Source: Solirubrobacteraceae bacterium (GTDB lineage Bacteria > Actinomycetota > Thermoleophilia > Solirubrobacterales > Solirubrobacteraceae). From it: a DNA stretch of 64,000 nucleotides. The DNA is taken from the NCBI GenBank assembly GCA_035504435.1, contig DATJRV010000083.1, positions 22,242 to 86,241 of the forward strand, in the 5' to 3' direction. Made by a program: the position numbers and the translations under genes. Positions 35,515-45,007 of the stretch are shown piece by piece. Every line of letters starts with the position of its first letter. The first letter of the stretch is position 1. Below the pieces are notes generated by a model. It ran no database searches and was not told the origin of the DNA. It saw nothing but the letters and a program-made list of their open reading frames with translations.

Positions 35515-36723
35515 CTATTCAATCTGATTGTAAACTTCGAACAGCGGCAGGTACATCGAGATCACGATGAACCCGACGATGCCGCCGATGAGGATGATCA
35601 TGATCGGCTCGAGGATGGAGGTGAGCGCCTTGACCGAAGCCTCCACCTGTTCCTCGTAGAACTCAGCGACCCGGTCGAGCATCTGGTCGAGCGCGCCGGT
35701 CTCCTCGCCGACGCCCACCATGTGCGTGACGATCGAGGGGAAGATCGGCTGCTGGGCGAGCGGTGCGGAGATCGTGCCGCCGCGCTTGACCGAGGCGATC
35801 ACGTCTTCCATCGACTCTTCGACCACGACGTTGCCACCGGTGCGTCCTGTGATCTCCAGGGCCTGCAGCAGCGGCACGCCGGCGGCGGTCAGCGAGGCGA
35901 GCGTGCGCGACCAGCGCGCGACGGCGATCTGCTGCACGATCGTGCCGATCTTCATCGGTATGTGCAGGCGGAAGCGGTCCCACTGCTTGCGCCCCCAGGT
36001 CGTTTTCTTCCACTTGAGGAAGGTCACGACCGCCAGGATCGAGCCGCCGATCATCGCCCACCAGTCGTGGAGCACGATGTGAGACATGTCAACCGACACC
36101 TGTGTCATGGCGGGGAGCTTGCCGCCGAATTCCTTGAACACGCTCTCGAACACCGGCACCAGGAAGGCGACGAGCGCCATCATCACGCCGACCGCGAACA
36201 CGATCACCATGACGGGGTAGATCATCGCGGATTTGATCTGTTTGCGCAGGCCGGCGTCCTTCTGCAGCTGGTCGGCAACCCGCATGAGCGCGTCCTCGAG
36301 CACACCGCCGGTCTCCCCCGCCTGCGCCATCGACACGAACAGCGGGCTGAACACCTTCGGGTGGCGCGCGAGCGAGTCGCTCAGCGAAAGGCCGGCCTCG
36401 ACGTCCTTGCGCACGGCGATGATCGTTTCCTTGAGGTATTTGCTCTCGGTCTGCTCCTCCAGCACGTACAGCGCGCGCAGGATGCTCATGCCCGAGGAGA
36501 TCATCGTGGAGAGCTGGCGCGAGAAGATCGCCAGCTCATTCGGCGTAACGCGCTTGAACAGCGAGATCTCGATGTTCGCCGAGGAGTGCTTGTCGGCGAT
36601 GTCGAGGACGATCAGCCCGCGTTGCTTGAGCTGGTCGGAGACGGCCTGCTTGGAGTCCGCCTCCATTTCGCCGCGGGCCTTGCCCCCGGCGACGTCGAGC
36701 GCCTTGAAGACGTACGTGCTCAT
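35515..36723 (-). CDS. pilC: Type IV pilus platform protein PilC
   Basis: MSTYVFKA, FSRQLSTMISSG, AGETGGVL, AMIYP, VGEETGAL. Confidence 0.96.
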   Translation of the reverse strand: MSTYVFKALDVAGGKARGEMEADSKQAVSDQLKQRGLIVLDIADKHSSANIEISLFKRVTPNELAIFSRQLSTMISSGMSILRALYVLEEQTESKYLKETIIAVRKDVEAGLSLSDSLARHPKVFSPLFVSMAQAGETGGVLEDALMRVADQLQKDAGLRKQIKSAMIYPVMVIVFAVGVMMALVAFLVPVFESVFKEFGGKLPAMTQVSVDMSHIVLHDWWAMIGGSILAVVTFLKWKKTTWGRKQWDRFRLHIPMKIGTIVQQIAVARWSRTLASLTAAGVPLLQALEITGRTGGNVVVEESMEDVIASVKRGGTISAPLAQQPIFPSIVTHMVGVGEETGALDQMLDRVAEFYEEQVEASVKALTSILEPIMIILIGGIVGFIVISMYLPLFEVYNQIE

Positions 36724-37802
36724 GCCGCCGCCAGCGATGTGGCGCCGAGCAGACGCCTGAGCTCCTCCGGCGTGGAGGAGCGCGCTTCGGCGAGTTTCTG
36801 GGAGATCTTGCCCTGGCGCACGAGCGTGGCCAGCGACGCGTCCATCGTCTGCATGCCCACCGAGGAGCCGGTCTGCAGCACGGAGTAGATCTGGTGGGTC
36901 TTGCCCTCGCGGATCAGGTTGCGCACCGCCGGGGTGGGCACCAGGATCTCGGTGGCCACCACGCGCCCGGAGCCGTCGGCGTTGGGCAAAAGCTGCTGGG
37001 TCATGATCCCCTGCAGCGCTACCGACAGCTGCACGCGAACCTGGCCCTGCTGGTGGGAGGGGAACACGTCGATCACGCGGTCGATCGTCTGCGCGGCGTC
37101 CTGGGTGTGCAGCGTGGCGAACACCAGGTGGCCGGTCTCCGCGGCGGTCAGCGCGGTGGAGATCGTCTCCAGGTCGCGCATCTCGCCGACCAGGATCACG
37201 TCGGGGTCCTGACGCAGGGCGGCGCGCAGCGCGTCCCCGAAGCTCTGCGCGTCCGAGCCCAGCTCGCGCTGGTTGACGATGCACTTCTTGTGCCCGTGCA
37301 GGAACTCGATCGGGTCCTCGATCGTCATGATGTGCTCCTCGCGGGTGGAGTTGATCTCGTCGATCATCGCCGCCAGCGAGGTGGACTTGCCCGAGCCGGT
37401 GGGGCCGGTGACGAGCACGAAGCCCCGTGGCTTGCGCGTGAACTCGTGCACCGCGGCCGGCAGCCCCAGCTCGTCGATGGACGTCAAGTTGAACGGGATC
37501 AGGCGGAAGGCAGCGCCGAGCGCGCCGCGCTGGAAGTAGGCGTTGACACGAAAGCGCGCGTGGCCGGGCACCGAGTAGGCGAAGTCGAGCTGCCAGTCGG
37601 TCTCCAGGCGCTGGCGCTGGTCGCCGGTGAGGATCGAGTAGATGATCTCCCGCGTGTCCGTCGGCGAGAGCTTGGGGTAGTCCTCGAGCGGCGTGAGTTT
37701 GCCGCGCACGCGGACCGTCGGGTGCGCGCCGGAGCTGAGGTGAAGGTCGGATGCACGGCGGTGTACGACCTCCATCAGGAGATCCGCGAAATCGATGTCC
37801 AT
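36720..37802 (-). CDS. pilT: Pilus retraction ATPase PilT
   Basis: ASDLHL, GPTGSGKST, TIEDPIE, AALRQDPDVILVGEMRD, AAETGH. Confidence 0.97.
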   Translation of the reverse strand: MDIDFADLLMEVVHRRASDLHLSSGAHPTVRVRGKLTPLEDYPKLSPTDTREIIYSILTGDQRQRLETDWQLDFAYSVPGHARFRVNAYFQRGALGAAFRLIPFNLTSIDELGLPAAVHEFTRKPRGFVLVTGPTGSGKSTSLAAMIDEINSTREEHIMTIEDPIEFLHGHKKCIVNQRELGSDAQSFGDALRAALRQDPDVILVGEMRDLETISTALTAAETGHLVFATLHTQDAAQTIDRVIDVFPSHQQGQVRVQLSVALQGIMTQQLLPNADGSGRVVATEILVPTPAVRNLIREGKTHQIYSVLQTGSSVGMQTMDASLATLVRQGKISQKLAEARSSTPEELRRLLGATSLAAA

Positions 37803-37929
37803 GCGCCCCAGATCGACCGCCGGAGGTGCCCCCGCGCGCCCCGTGGTGAACCGTGGACGAAGGTTCTAGCGCCGGCCGTGCATTGCAACGCGGCTGTCAA
37901 AGGCCAGGCCAGCCGCGCCCGCCAAGCGA

Positions 37930-37982
37930 AGGTCGTCTCGCACGGGACGCCCACGCAGTCGGCGTCGCGTGCGAGACGACCT
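37930..37982. terminator. Long perfect hairpin between pilB and pilT
   Basis: AGGTCGTCTCGCACG / CGTGCGAGACGACCT (15 bp) enclosing GACGCC/GGCGTC. Confidence 0.65.
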
Positions 37983-37987
37983 GAGCG

Positions 37988-39910
37988 CTAATTGGTGCCG
38001 ATCACCCGCGCGATCTCCGCCATCGAGGTGCGCCCCAGGCGCACCTTGTTCAGCCCGTCGTCGCGCAGGCGCATCATGCCCTGCTTGACCGCAATGTCGC
38101 GGATCGGCTCCGCGGGGCTGCGTTCGAGCGCGAGCGTCTGGATCTCGGGCGACATCTTCATCACCTCATACAGCCCCACCCGCCCGCGGTAGCCGCTGCC
38201 GCCGCAACGCCGGCAGCCCACGGCTTCGTAGGCCTCGAGCTCCATGCGTGCCCGGTAGCCGTTCTCCTGCAGCACCTTCGCGGGGATGATCGTGCGCTTC
38301 TTGCAGTTGGGGCAGAGCATGCGCGCGAGGCGCTGGGCGACCACGCAGTCGAGCGCGGAGGCGACGAGGAACGGCTCCACCCCCATCTCCACCAGGCGCG
38401 TGATGGCGGAAGGCGCGTCGTTGGTGTGCAGCGTGGAGAGCACCAGGTGGCCGGTGAGCGCCGACTCGACGGCAATCTGCGCGGTCTCGCGGTCGCGGAT
38501 CTCTCCCACCATGATGATGTCCGGGTCCGCGCGCACCATCGCGCGCAGCCCCGCCGCGAAGCTCAGCCCGACCTTCGCCGAGACCTGCACCTGGGTGAGC
38601 CCCGCCATTTCGTACTCGACGGGGTCCTCGACGGTGATGATGTTCTTCTCCGGCGTGTTCAGCAGCTGCAACGCGGCGTACAGCGTCGTCGACTTGCCGG
38701 AGCCGGTGGGGCCGGTGACGAGCACCGCGCCGTGGGTCTCTTTGCACGCGCGTTCGAAGCGTTCGCGCTCGGCGTCGGCCATGCCGAGCTTGTCGAGCGC
38801 CACCACCACGTTGTCCTTGTCCAGCACGCGCATCACGACGCCCTCGCCGTGCACGCTCGGCAGCGTCACCACGCGCAGGTCCACGTGGCGGCCGTCCACG
38901 ACCAGCCCCACGCGCCCGTCCTGGGGCAGGCGCTTCTCGGCGATGTTCAGCTCGGCCATGATCTTGATGCGCGAGATCACGCCGGCGGCCATCCGCCGCT
39001 GCACGGTGGTGACGTCCTGCAGCACGCCGTCCACGCGGAAGCGCACCCGCAGTTCCTTGCCGTCTGGCGCCAGGTGGATGTCGGAGGCGCCGCGCTCGAT
39101 CGCCTGTGCGACGACCTGGTTGACGAGCTTGACGACGGGCGCGTCTTCGGAGGTCTCGTGCAGCGCGACGACCTCGCCGCCGTCGTCTTCCTCGGGCTGG
39201 TCGATCGCGGTGGAGGTCTCCCCGACGACGTCTTCGAGCCTGTCCAGGCGCGCGATCAAGCCGGTGATGTCGTCGGGCGGCGCGACCGCCACGCGGATCT
39301 CGTAGCCGGTCATGATCGCGATGTCGTCGACCGCCAGCACGTTCGAGGGGTCGGCCATCGCCACCAGCAGCGTGCGCTTGTCGGCGAACGCCACCGGCAC
39401 CGTCTGGTAGCGCTTGGCGACGGTCGTCGAGACGAGGTTGGCGGCGTTCATGTCCACCGCGAACACGCCCAGGTCGAGGTGGTCGAGGCCGTAGCGCTCG
39501 GCGAGCGCGCGCGCCAGCGCGTCCGGCGTGAGCACGCCCTGCTCGAGCAGCACGCGCTCGGGCGTGGTGCCCGACACGCGCGAGCTGGCGATCGCGTCGT
39601 CCACCTGCCGGCGCGTGGCCAGCTCCATCTCGACGATCACGTCGGTGAGGAAGCGCTGCGAGGAGCCACGCCGCGTGGGCTTGGTGATCCCGTTGTAGTC
39701 CTTCGCCTGCTCGGGCTTGGCGACGGGCGCGGCGGCGTGTGCCTGCTCGGCCGGCTCGACCTCCACGTGCAGGCCGCCGTCGTCGCCCGGGCTGAGCGCG
39801 CGCTCCACGGAGATCACGCCGTCGCCCTGGTCGAGGCCGGGTGCTCCCGGCCCGTCCATGCCGAAGATCGCGTGCAGGTCGGGGTCGGTCTGCTGCGGCA
39901 GATCGCTCAT
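37988..39910 (-). CDS. pilB: Pilus extension ATPase PilB (GspE family)
   Basis: ASDIH, GPTGSGKST, VEDPVEY, RADPDIIMVGEIRD, CxxC..CxxC, GRVGLYE. Confidence 0.97.
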   Translation of the reverse strand: MSDLPQQTDPDLHAIFGMDGPGAPGLDQGDGVISVERALSPGDDGGLHVEVEPAEQAHAAAPVAKPEQAKDYNGITKPTRRGSSQRFLTDVIVEMELATRRQVDDAIASSRVSGTTPERVLLEQGVLTPDALARALAERYGLDHLDLGVFAVDMNAANLVSTTVAKRYQTVPVAFADKRTLLVAMADPSNVLAVDDIAIMTGYEIRVAVAPPDDITGLIARLDRLEDVVGETSTAIDQPEEDDGGEVVALHETSEDAPVVKLVNQVVAQAIERGASDIHLAPDGKELRVRFRVDGVLQDVTTVQRRMAAGVISRIKIMAELNIAEKRLPQDGRVGLVVDGRHVDLRVVTLPSVHGEGVVMRVLDKDNVVVALDKLGMADAERERFERACKETHGAVLVTGPTGSGKSTTLYAALQLLNTPEKNIITVEDPVEYEMAGLTQVQVSAKVGLSFAAGLRAMVRADPDIIMVGEIRDRETAQIAVESALTGHLVLSTLHTNDAPSAITRLVEMGVEPFLVASALDCVVAQRLARMLCPNCKKRTIIPAKVLQENGYRARMELEAYEAVGCRRCGGSGYRGRVGLYEVMKMSPEIQTLALERSPAEPIRDIAVKQGMMRLRDDGLNKVRLGRTSMAEIARVIGTN

Positions 39911-40828
39911 GGCGCGGCTCCCGCCGCCGAATGGCTAGCCGGTCGCGTCCTCCCCGTCGCGCGCGGCGGCGCGCATGAGCGCCAGCGGCGCCGCGCGGCC
40001 GGTCCACAGCTCGAAGCTGAGCGCTCCCTGGGCGACCAGCAGCTCGAGCCCGTCGACGGTGCGCGCGCCGTGCGCCCTGGCTGCCGCGAGCAGCGGCGTG
40101 GGCTCAGATCTGTACACGAAGTCGACGACATAGGCGTAGTTACCGACTTGATCGAACGCCATTCCGAGTTGGTTGAGCGCGTCCTTGTCACTGGCCGAGC
40201 GTTGTACGCCGGCGGGCGAATGGAGCCCCACGGAGGTGCAGTTGACGAGCAAGTCGGCGCGCTGTGGCGTGCTGACGGCGCGCGCTCCCAGCTCGTCTGC
40301 GAGCGCCTGTGCGCGCTGGGGGGTGCGGTTCCACACCATCACCTCGCTCGCGCCCGACTCGCGCAGTGCCCACACGGCGGCGCGCGCGCTGCCGCCCGCC
40401 CCGAGCACTAGCGCGCGCGGGTGGGCGGGCATGGCGGGCAGGGCGCCGAGGATCGACGCGAGCGCCGGGGCGTCGGTGTTCTCGGCGGCGATCGCGCCGT
40501 CGGCGGCGAACGTCAGCGTGTTGGCGGCGGCGATCTCGCGCGCCGCGCGCGAGGCGCTGTCTGCGAGCGCGAGCGCGGCCTGCTTGTGGGGGATGGTGAC
40601 GTTCGCGCCGAGGAAGCCCGATAGCCGCAGCGCGCGGGTGATCTCGTCGAACAGCGCGGGCGGCACCGGCAGGCGCTGGTAGCGCCAGCCCGCCATCCCG
40701 AGCGCCGCCAGCGCCGCGTTGTGCATCCCCGGGGAGCGGCTGTGCGCGACGGGCCAGCCGAGGACGCCGAGGCGCGTGCGTGCGTGCGTGGGCGCCGCGC
40801 TGCGCTGGGGATCGGCCGCGGCGCTCAT
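39907..40828 (-). CDS. aroE: Shikimate dehydrogenase
   Basis: GWPVAHSRSP, GANVTIPHK, ENTD, LGAGGSAR, NRT, DGLELLVAQG. Confidence 0.96.
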
Positions 40829-41778
40829 GGCCTGTGCTTGCACACCGGTGGGTGCCCGCCGTTGCGCGCGACCGCTTCGCGGTAGGCGGCTGCGTTGCTT
40901 TCGAATTCGGCGGCGGTGTCGGAGAACACCTGCTCGCCGCAGCCGTCCGCGCCGGCGACGTAGTACAGGTAGGCGACGTGTGCGGGGTGCGCGGCGGCTT
41001 CGATGGAGGCGACGCCGGGGTTGGAGATCGGCGTGGGCGGCAGGCCGACGTGCGTGCGCGTGTTGTAGGGCGAGTCGATGTGCAGCTGCGCTTGTGTGAG
41101 TTCGCCGGTGTAGGTGGGCATGCCGGTGGCCTGCTCGACCGCGTAGTAGATGCTCGCGTCGATGCCCAGCGGCATGCCGGCGGCGAGCCGGTTGTAGATG
41201 ACGGCGGCGATCTTCGGGCGGTCGCCGGGGATCACCGCCTCGCGCTCGACCATCGAGGCGACGATCAGCAGCTGATATGGGGTCACGTGCAAGGCACGGG
41301 CGGCGGCGATGTCGTGGGGCCCGAAGTTTTCCTTGAACGCCACGAGCTGCTCTTCCACGAGCCGGCTGACGGGGGCGCCCTTGAGCATGTCGTAGGTGGC
41401 GGGGAACAGGAAGCCTTCGAGGCTCGGTGTGCCGGCGGGCGCGCCGTAGGCCGCGGGGTCGAGCAGCGGCGAGCGCGTGGAGGCGGCGAGGTAGTCGCCT
41501 GTCAGGCCGTCGGCGGCGACCACCTGGGCGATCTGCGCGCGCGTTTTGCCCTCGGTGACGAGCACCCTGACTTCGGGTGGCGGGGCGAGCGTGGGCTTGG
41601 GCGCGGGCTTGTGGTGATGCGTGAGCGCCGCCGCCGCCACGAGCGCCGCCGCGAGCGCCACCACCAGCCACAGCCGTCCGCTGCGCCGCCGGCGCGCGCG
41701 CGGACGGGATCTAGCGCGTGCGGGCGGCAAGCCAGTTCTCCAACAGGTGGGCGGCGGCGCGCGAGTCCTCGCTGGCAT
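40825..41778 (-). CDS. mltG: Endolytic transglycosylase MltG (YceG)
   Basis: LEGFLFPATY, ASMVERE, VIYNRL..MPLGIDA, DSPYNT, GLPPTPISNPG. Confidence 0.95.
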   Translation of the reverse strand: MPARTRAPPPTCWRTGLPPARARSRPRARRRRSGRLWLVVALAAALVAAAALTHHHKPAPKPTLAPPPEVRVLVTEGKTRAQIAQVVAADGLTGDYLAASTRSPLLDPAAYGAPAGTPSLEGFLFPATYDMLKGAPVSRLVEEQLVAFKENFGPHDIAAARALHVTPYQLLIVASMVEREAVIPGDRPKIAAVIYNRLAAGMPLGIDASIYYAVEQATGMPTYTGELTQAQLHIDSPYNTRTHVGLPPTPISNPGVASIEAAAHPAHVAYLYYVAGADGCGEQVFSDTAAEFESNAAAYREAVARNGGHPPVCKHRP

Positions 41779-42127
41779 GGCTCGCGCCGCCCGCCACGCT
41801 GAGCCGCTGGGCGATGCGCGTGGTGAAGCGCTCGTCGTAGAGCTCCACGGGGATGCTGTCCCCCAGCTGCTGGGCGAGCACGCGCGCGAACGCGCGTGTC
41901 TCGTGCGTCTGGGCGCTGTCGCTGCCGTCGAGCGACAGCGGCAGCCCGACGATCACGCGCTGCACCTCGCGCTCGCGCACGAGCTGGCGCAGGCGCGCGA
42001 GGCCGCGTTTGCTGGTCGGGCGCACGACGGTGTCGATCGGTGTGACGATCGTGCCGGTGGGGTCGCTGAGCGCGCAGCCACAGCGCGCGCTGCCGTAGTC
42101 GAGCGCGAGCACCCGCAACGCGCTCAA
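41711..42127 (-). CDS. ruvX: Holliday junction resolvase-like RuvX/YqgF
   Basis: LALDYGSARCGCALSDP, VGLPLSLDG, DERFTT, DSRAA. Confidence 0.93.
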   Translation of the reverse strand: MSALRVLALDYGSARCGCALSDPTGTIVTPIDTVVRPTSKRGLARLRQLVREREVQRVIVGLPLSLDGSDSAQTHETRAFARVLAQQLGDSIPVELYDERFTTRIAQRLSVAGGASHASEDSRAAAHLLENWLAARTR

Positions 42128-44883
42128 GCGCCGAGCACGGACTCGATCTCGCGGCGCGCCAGCTCGATCGCCTCCGGCAGGCGCTCCGGTTCGCGCCCGC
42201 CCGCCTGGGCGATCGTGTCGCGCCCGCCACCGCCGCCGCCGACGACCGCGGCGGCGGCCTTGACGATCGCGCCCGCCTTCACGCCGCGTCCCACGAGCTC
42301 CGGTGCGACGCTGGCAACCAGGTGCACGCGCCCGTCGGCCGCCGCGCCGAGCACGATCGCCGCGTCCGGGAGGCGCCCCTTCAGCCGGTCGAGCACGTCC
42401 AACAGGGCCTTCGCGTCGGCGACGTCGACGCTGGCCGCGAGCACGTTCGCGCCATCCGCGCGCGTGGCGCCCGCGGCGAGCGCGTCGAGGTCCACCGAGG
42501 CGGCGCCGTCCTGCGGCGTGCCCCCCTGCTTGAGCTCCTTCTCCAGCCGCCTGCGCTCCTGCATGAGCGTCGCTACCGCCGTGGGCGCGTCCTCGGGGCG
42601 GGTGCGCAGCTGGCCGGCGAGCTCGCGCAGCAGCCGGTCGTGCTCGCGCAAGAGCTCCACCGCCACCGGGCCGGTGACCGCCTCGATGCGACGCACGTTG
42701 GCGGCGCTGGAGGTCTCGTGCAGGATGCGAAACGCGCCGATCTCGGCGGTCGAGCGCACGTGCGTGCCGCCGCACAGCTCGCGCGAGTATTGATTCTCCC
42801 CGCCGCCTCCCCCGTCGCCGACCTCGACCATGCGCACGACATCCCCGTACTTTTCGCCGAACAGCGCCATCGCGCCGAGCCGCTTGGCCTCCTCCAGCGT
42901 GGTGGTGAGCGCGCGGACGGGGTCGTTGCGGGCGATCCAGCCGTTGACGCGATCCTCGACGTCGCGCAGCTCCTCGGCGCTGAGGGCGTGCCCGTGGCTG
43001 AAGTCGAAGCGCAGCTTGTCGGGGCCGACGTAGGAGCCGGCCTGGCGCACGTGGCTGCCGAGGCGCTCGCGCAGCGCCGCCTGCAGCAGGTGCGTGGCGG
43101 TGTGGTTGCACTCGGTCTGATGGCGGGTGAGGTGGTCGACGCGCGCGAGCACCTGCTCGCCGACCTCCAGCGCTCCGGCCTCGACGATCACCTCGGGGAT
43201 ACGGTCCTGCCCGATCGCGAGCACGTTCTCGACGCGCGCCACACAGTCGCCGTGCGCGCATTCGATCGTGCCGACGTCGGAGACCTGCCCACCGCCGGCC
43301 GCGTAGAAGGGGGACTCGGCGAGCTTCACCAGCATGCGCGCCGGCGCGCCGCCGTTGCCCGCCCCGCCGTTCTCGCCCACGGCGCTGTCCAGCGCGCGGA
43401 CGGCGACGACGCTCGTCGGCTGCACCTCTGTCTCGTAGCCGGTGAACACCGTGGGCGCGCCGTCGTCGAGCGGGCCGAGCGTGCCGGCGCCCGCTCCGGC
43501 GCCGGCAGCCGGCGGTCCGCTGACGGCCGCCTCGGCGGCCGTGCTCCCGCGCAGAGCGGCCCCGCGGCCCCGCGCGCGCTGCTCCTCCATCAGCTCGTCG
43601 AAGTCGCCCTCGATGTCGAACCCCTGTTCGGCGAGCAGCTCGCTGGTCATCTCGTAGGGAAACCCGTGCGTGTCGTGCAGCGTGAACACGTCCTCGGCGG
43701 CCACCGACGTGCTGCCGCCGGCGCGCGCGGCTTCGATGTGCTCCTGCAGGATCTGCAGGCCCTGGGCGAGCGTGCGCCCGAAGCTGTCCTCCTCGGATGA
43801 CAGCCACATGTCGGTGACCTCGGCCTGCTCGCCGAGTTCGGGGTAGACGCCGCCCATGACCTCGCGCACGCGCTGCGCGTAGCGCGTGAGGAACCCCGGC
43901 GCGAGCTCGAGCGCGAGGCCCTGCTGGATGGCGCGGCGCATGATCCTGCGCAGCACGTAGCCGCGGTCCTCGTTGGAGGGGACGACGCCGTCGGCGGTGA
44001 GGAAGGTCATCGCGCGCGCGTGGTCGGCGAGGATGCGCAGCGCACGGTCGCCCTCGAAGTCGGCGCCGTAGCGGCGCCCGGAGAGCTCCTGGCCGAGCTC
44101 GATGAGCGGCCGGAACTGGTCGGTCTCGAACACGGACTCCTTCTCCTGGAGGATGGCGGCGGCGCGGTTGAGCCCGAGGCCGGTGTCGATGTTGTTGGCG
44201 GGCAGCGGCTCCAGGGCGCTGCCGGGCTCATCGGGCGCGGGCCGCTGGTCGTACTGCATGAACACGAGGTTCCAGTACTCCAGGAAGCGCTCGTTCTCGC
44301 CCCCCGGCAGGTCGTCGGGCGAGCCGTGCTGGACGCCGCGGTCGATGTACAGCTCAGAGCACGGGCCGCACGGGCCGGTGGGGCCGGCCTGCCAGAAGTT
44401 CTCGGAGCGCGGGCAGCGCACGATCCGCTCGGCGGGCAGCCCGAGCTCGCTCCACAGCGCGATCGCCTCCTCGTCGGGGCCGAGCTGCAGGCCGTCGTCG
44501 CCTGCGAACACGGTCACCCAGATGGCGTCGGCGGGGAAGCCGAACACTTCGCGGGAGAGGTCCCACGCGTAGCGGATGGCCTCGCGCTTGAAGTAGTCAC
44601 CGAACGAGAAGTTGCCGAGCATCTCGAAGAACGTGAGGTGGCGCGCGGTGTTGCCGACGTTGGCGATGTCGACGGTGCGGAACACCTTCTGGCAGTCGGT
44701 GAGCCGCGTGGCGGGCGGGGTCTCCTGCCCGAGGAAATAAGGCTTCAGCGGGTGCATCCCGGCGACCGTGAGCAGCGCCGAGGGGTCGTGCGCGGAGGGC
44801 ACGAGCGAGGCTGACGGTATGCGCTTGTGGCCGCGTTCCTCGAAGAAGCTGAGGTAGCGCTCGCGGATCTCGTCGGTGGTCAT
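42124..44883 (-). CDS. alaS: Alanine-tRNA ligase
   Basis: ARHLTFFEMLGNFSFGDYFK, GPCGPCSE, DTGLGL, HTATH, ELCGGTH, GGGG C-terminus. Confidence 0.99.
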   Translation of the reverse strand: MTTDEIRERYLSFFEERGHKRIPSASLVPSAHDPSALLTVAGMHPLKPYFLGQETPPATRLTDCQKVFRTVDIANVGNTARHLTFFEMLGNFSFGDYFKREAIRYAWDLSREVFGFPADAIWVTVFAGDDGLQLGPDEEAIALWSELGLPAERIVRCPRSENFWQAGPTGPCGPCSELYIDRGVQHGSPDDLPGGENERFLEYWNLVFMQYDQRPAPDEPGSALEPLPANNIDTGLGLNRAAAILQEKESVFETDQFRPLIELGQELSGRRYGADFEGDRALRILADHARAMTFLTADGVVPSNEDRGYVLRRIMRRAIQQGLALELAPGFLTRYAQRVREVMGGVYPELGEQAEVTDMWLSSEEDSFGRTLAQGLQILQEHIEAARAGGSTSVAAEDVFTLHDTHGFPYEMTSELLAEQGFDIEGDFDELMEEQRARGRGAALRGSTAAEAAVSGPPAAGAGAGAGTLGPLDDGAPTVFTGYETEVQPTSVVAVRALDSAVGENGGAGNGGAPARMLVKLAESPFYAAGGGQVSDVGTIECAHGDCVARVENVLAIGQDRIPEVIVEAGALEVGEQVLARVDHLTRHQTECNHTATHLLQAALRERLGSHVRQAGSYVGPDKLRFDFSHGHALSAEELRDVEDRVNGWIARNDPVRALTTTLEEAKRLGAMALFGEKYGDVVRMVEVGDGGGGGENQYSRELCGGTHVRSTAEIGAFRILHETSSAANVRRIEAVTGPVAVELLREHDRLLRELAGQLRTRPEDAPTAVATLMQERRRLEKELKQGGTPQDGAASVDLDALAAGATRADGANVLAASVDVADAKALLDVLDRLKGRLPDAAIVLGAAADGRVHLVASVAPELVGRGVKAGAIVKAAAAVVGGGGGGRDTIAQAGGREPERLPEAIELARREIESVLGA

Positions 44884-45007
44884 TGGAGACTGATCTTACG
44901 GCGCTGCTGACGGGGCCGAGGGTCGAGCCGGACAAGGACGCAGCGAGCGAAATGTGCTCGGCACATGAGCGAACGAGGACACCGTCCGGCGAAGGCCATC
45001 GGCTCCG

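Noticed and set aside
44884-45007. T-box leader for alaS
   Set aside because: No T-box consensus or specifier stem. A TAAGAT box lies just before the ATG.
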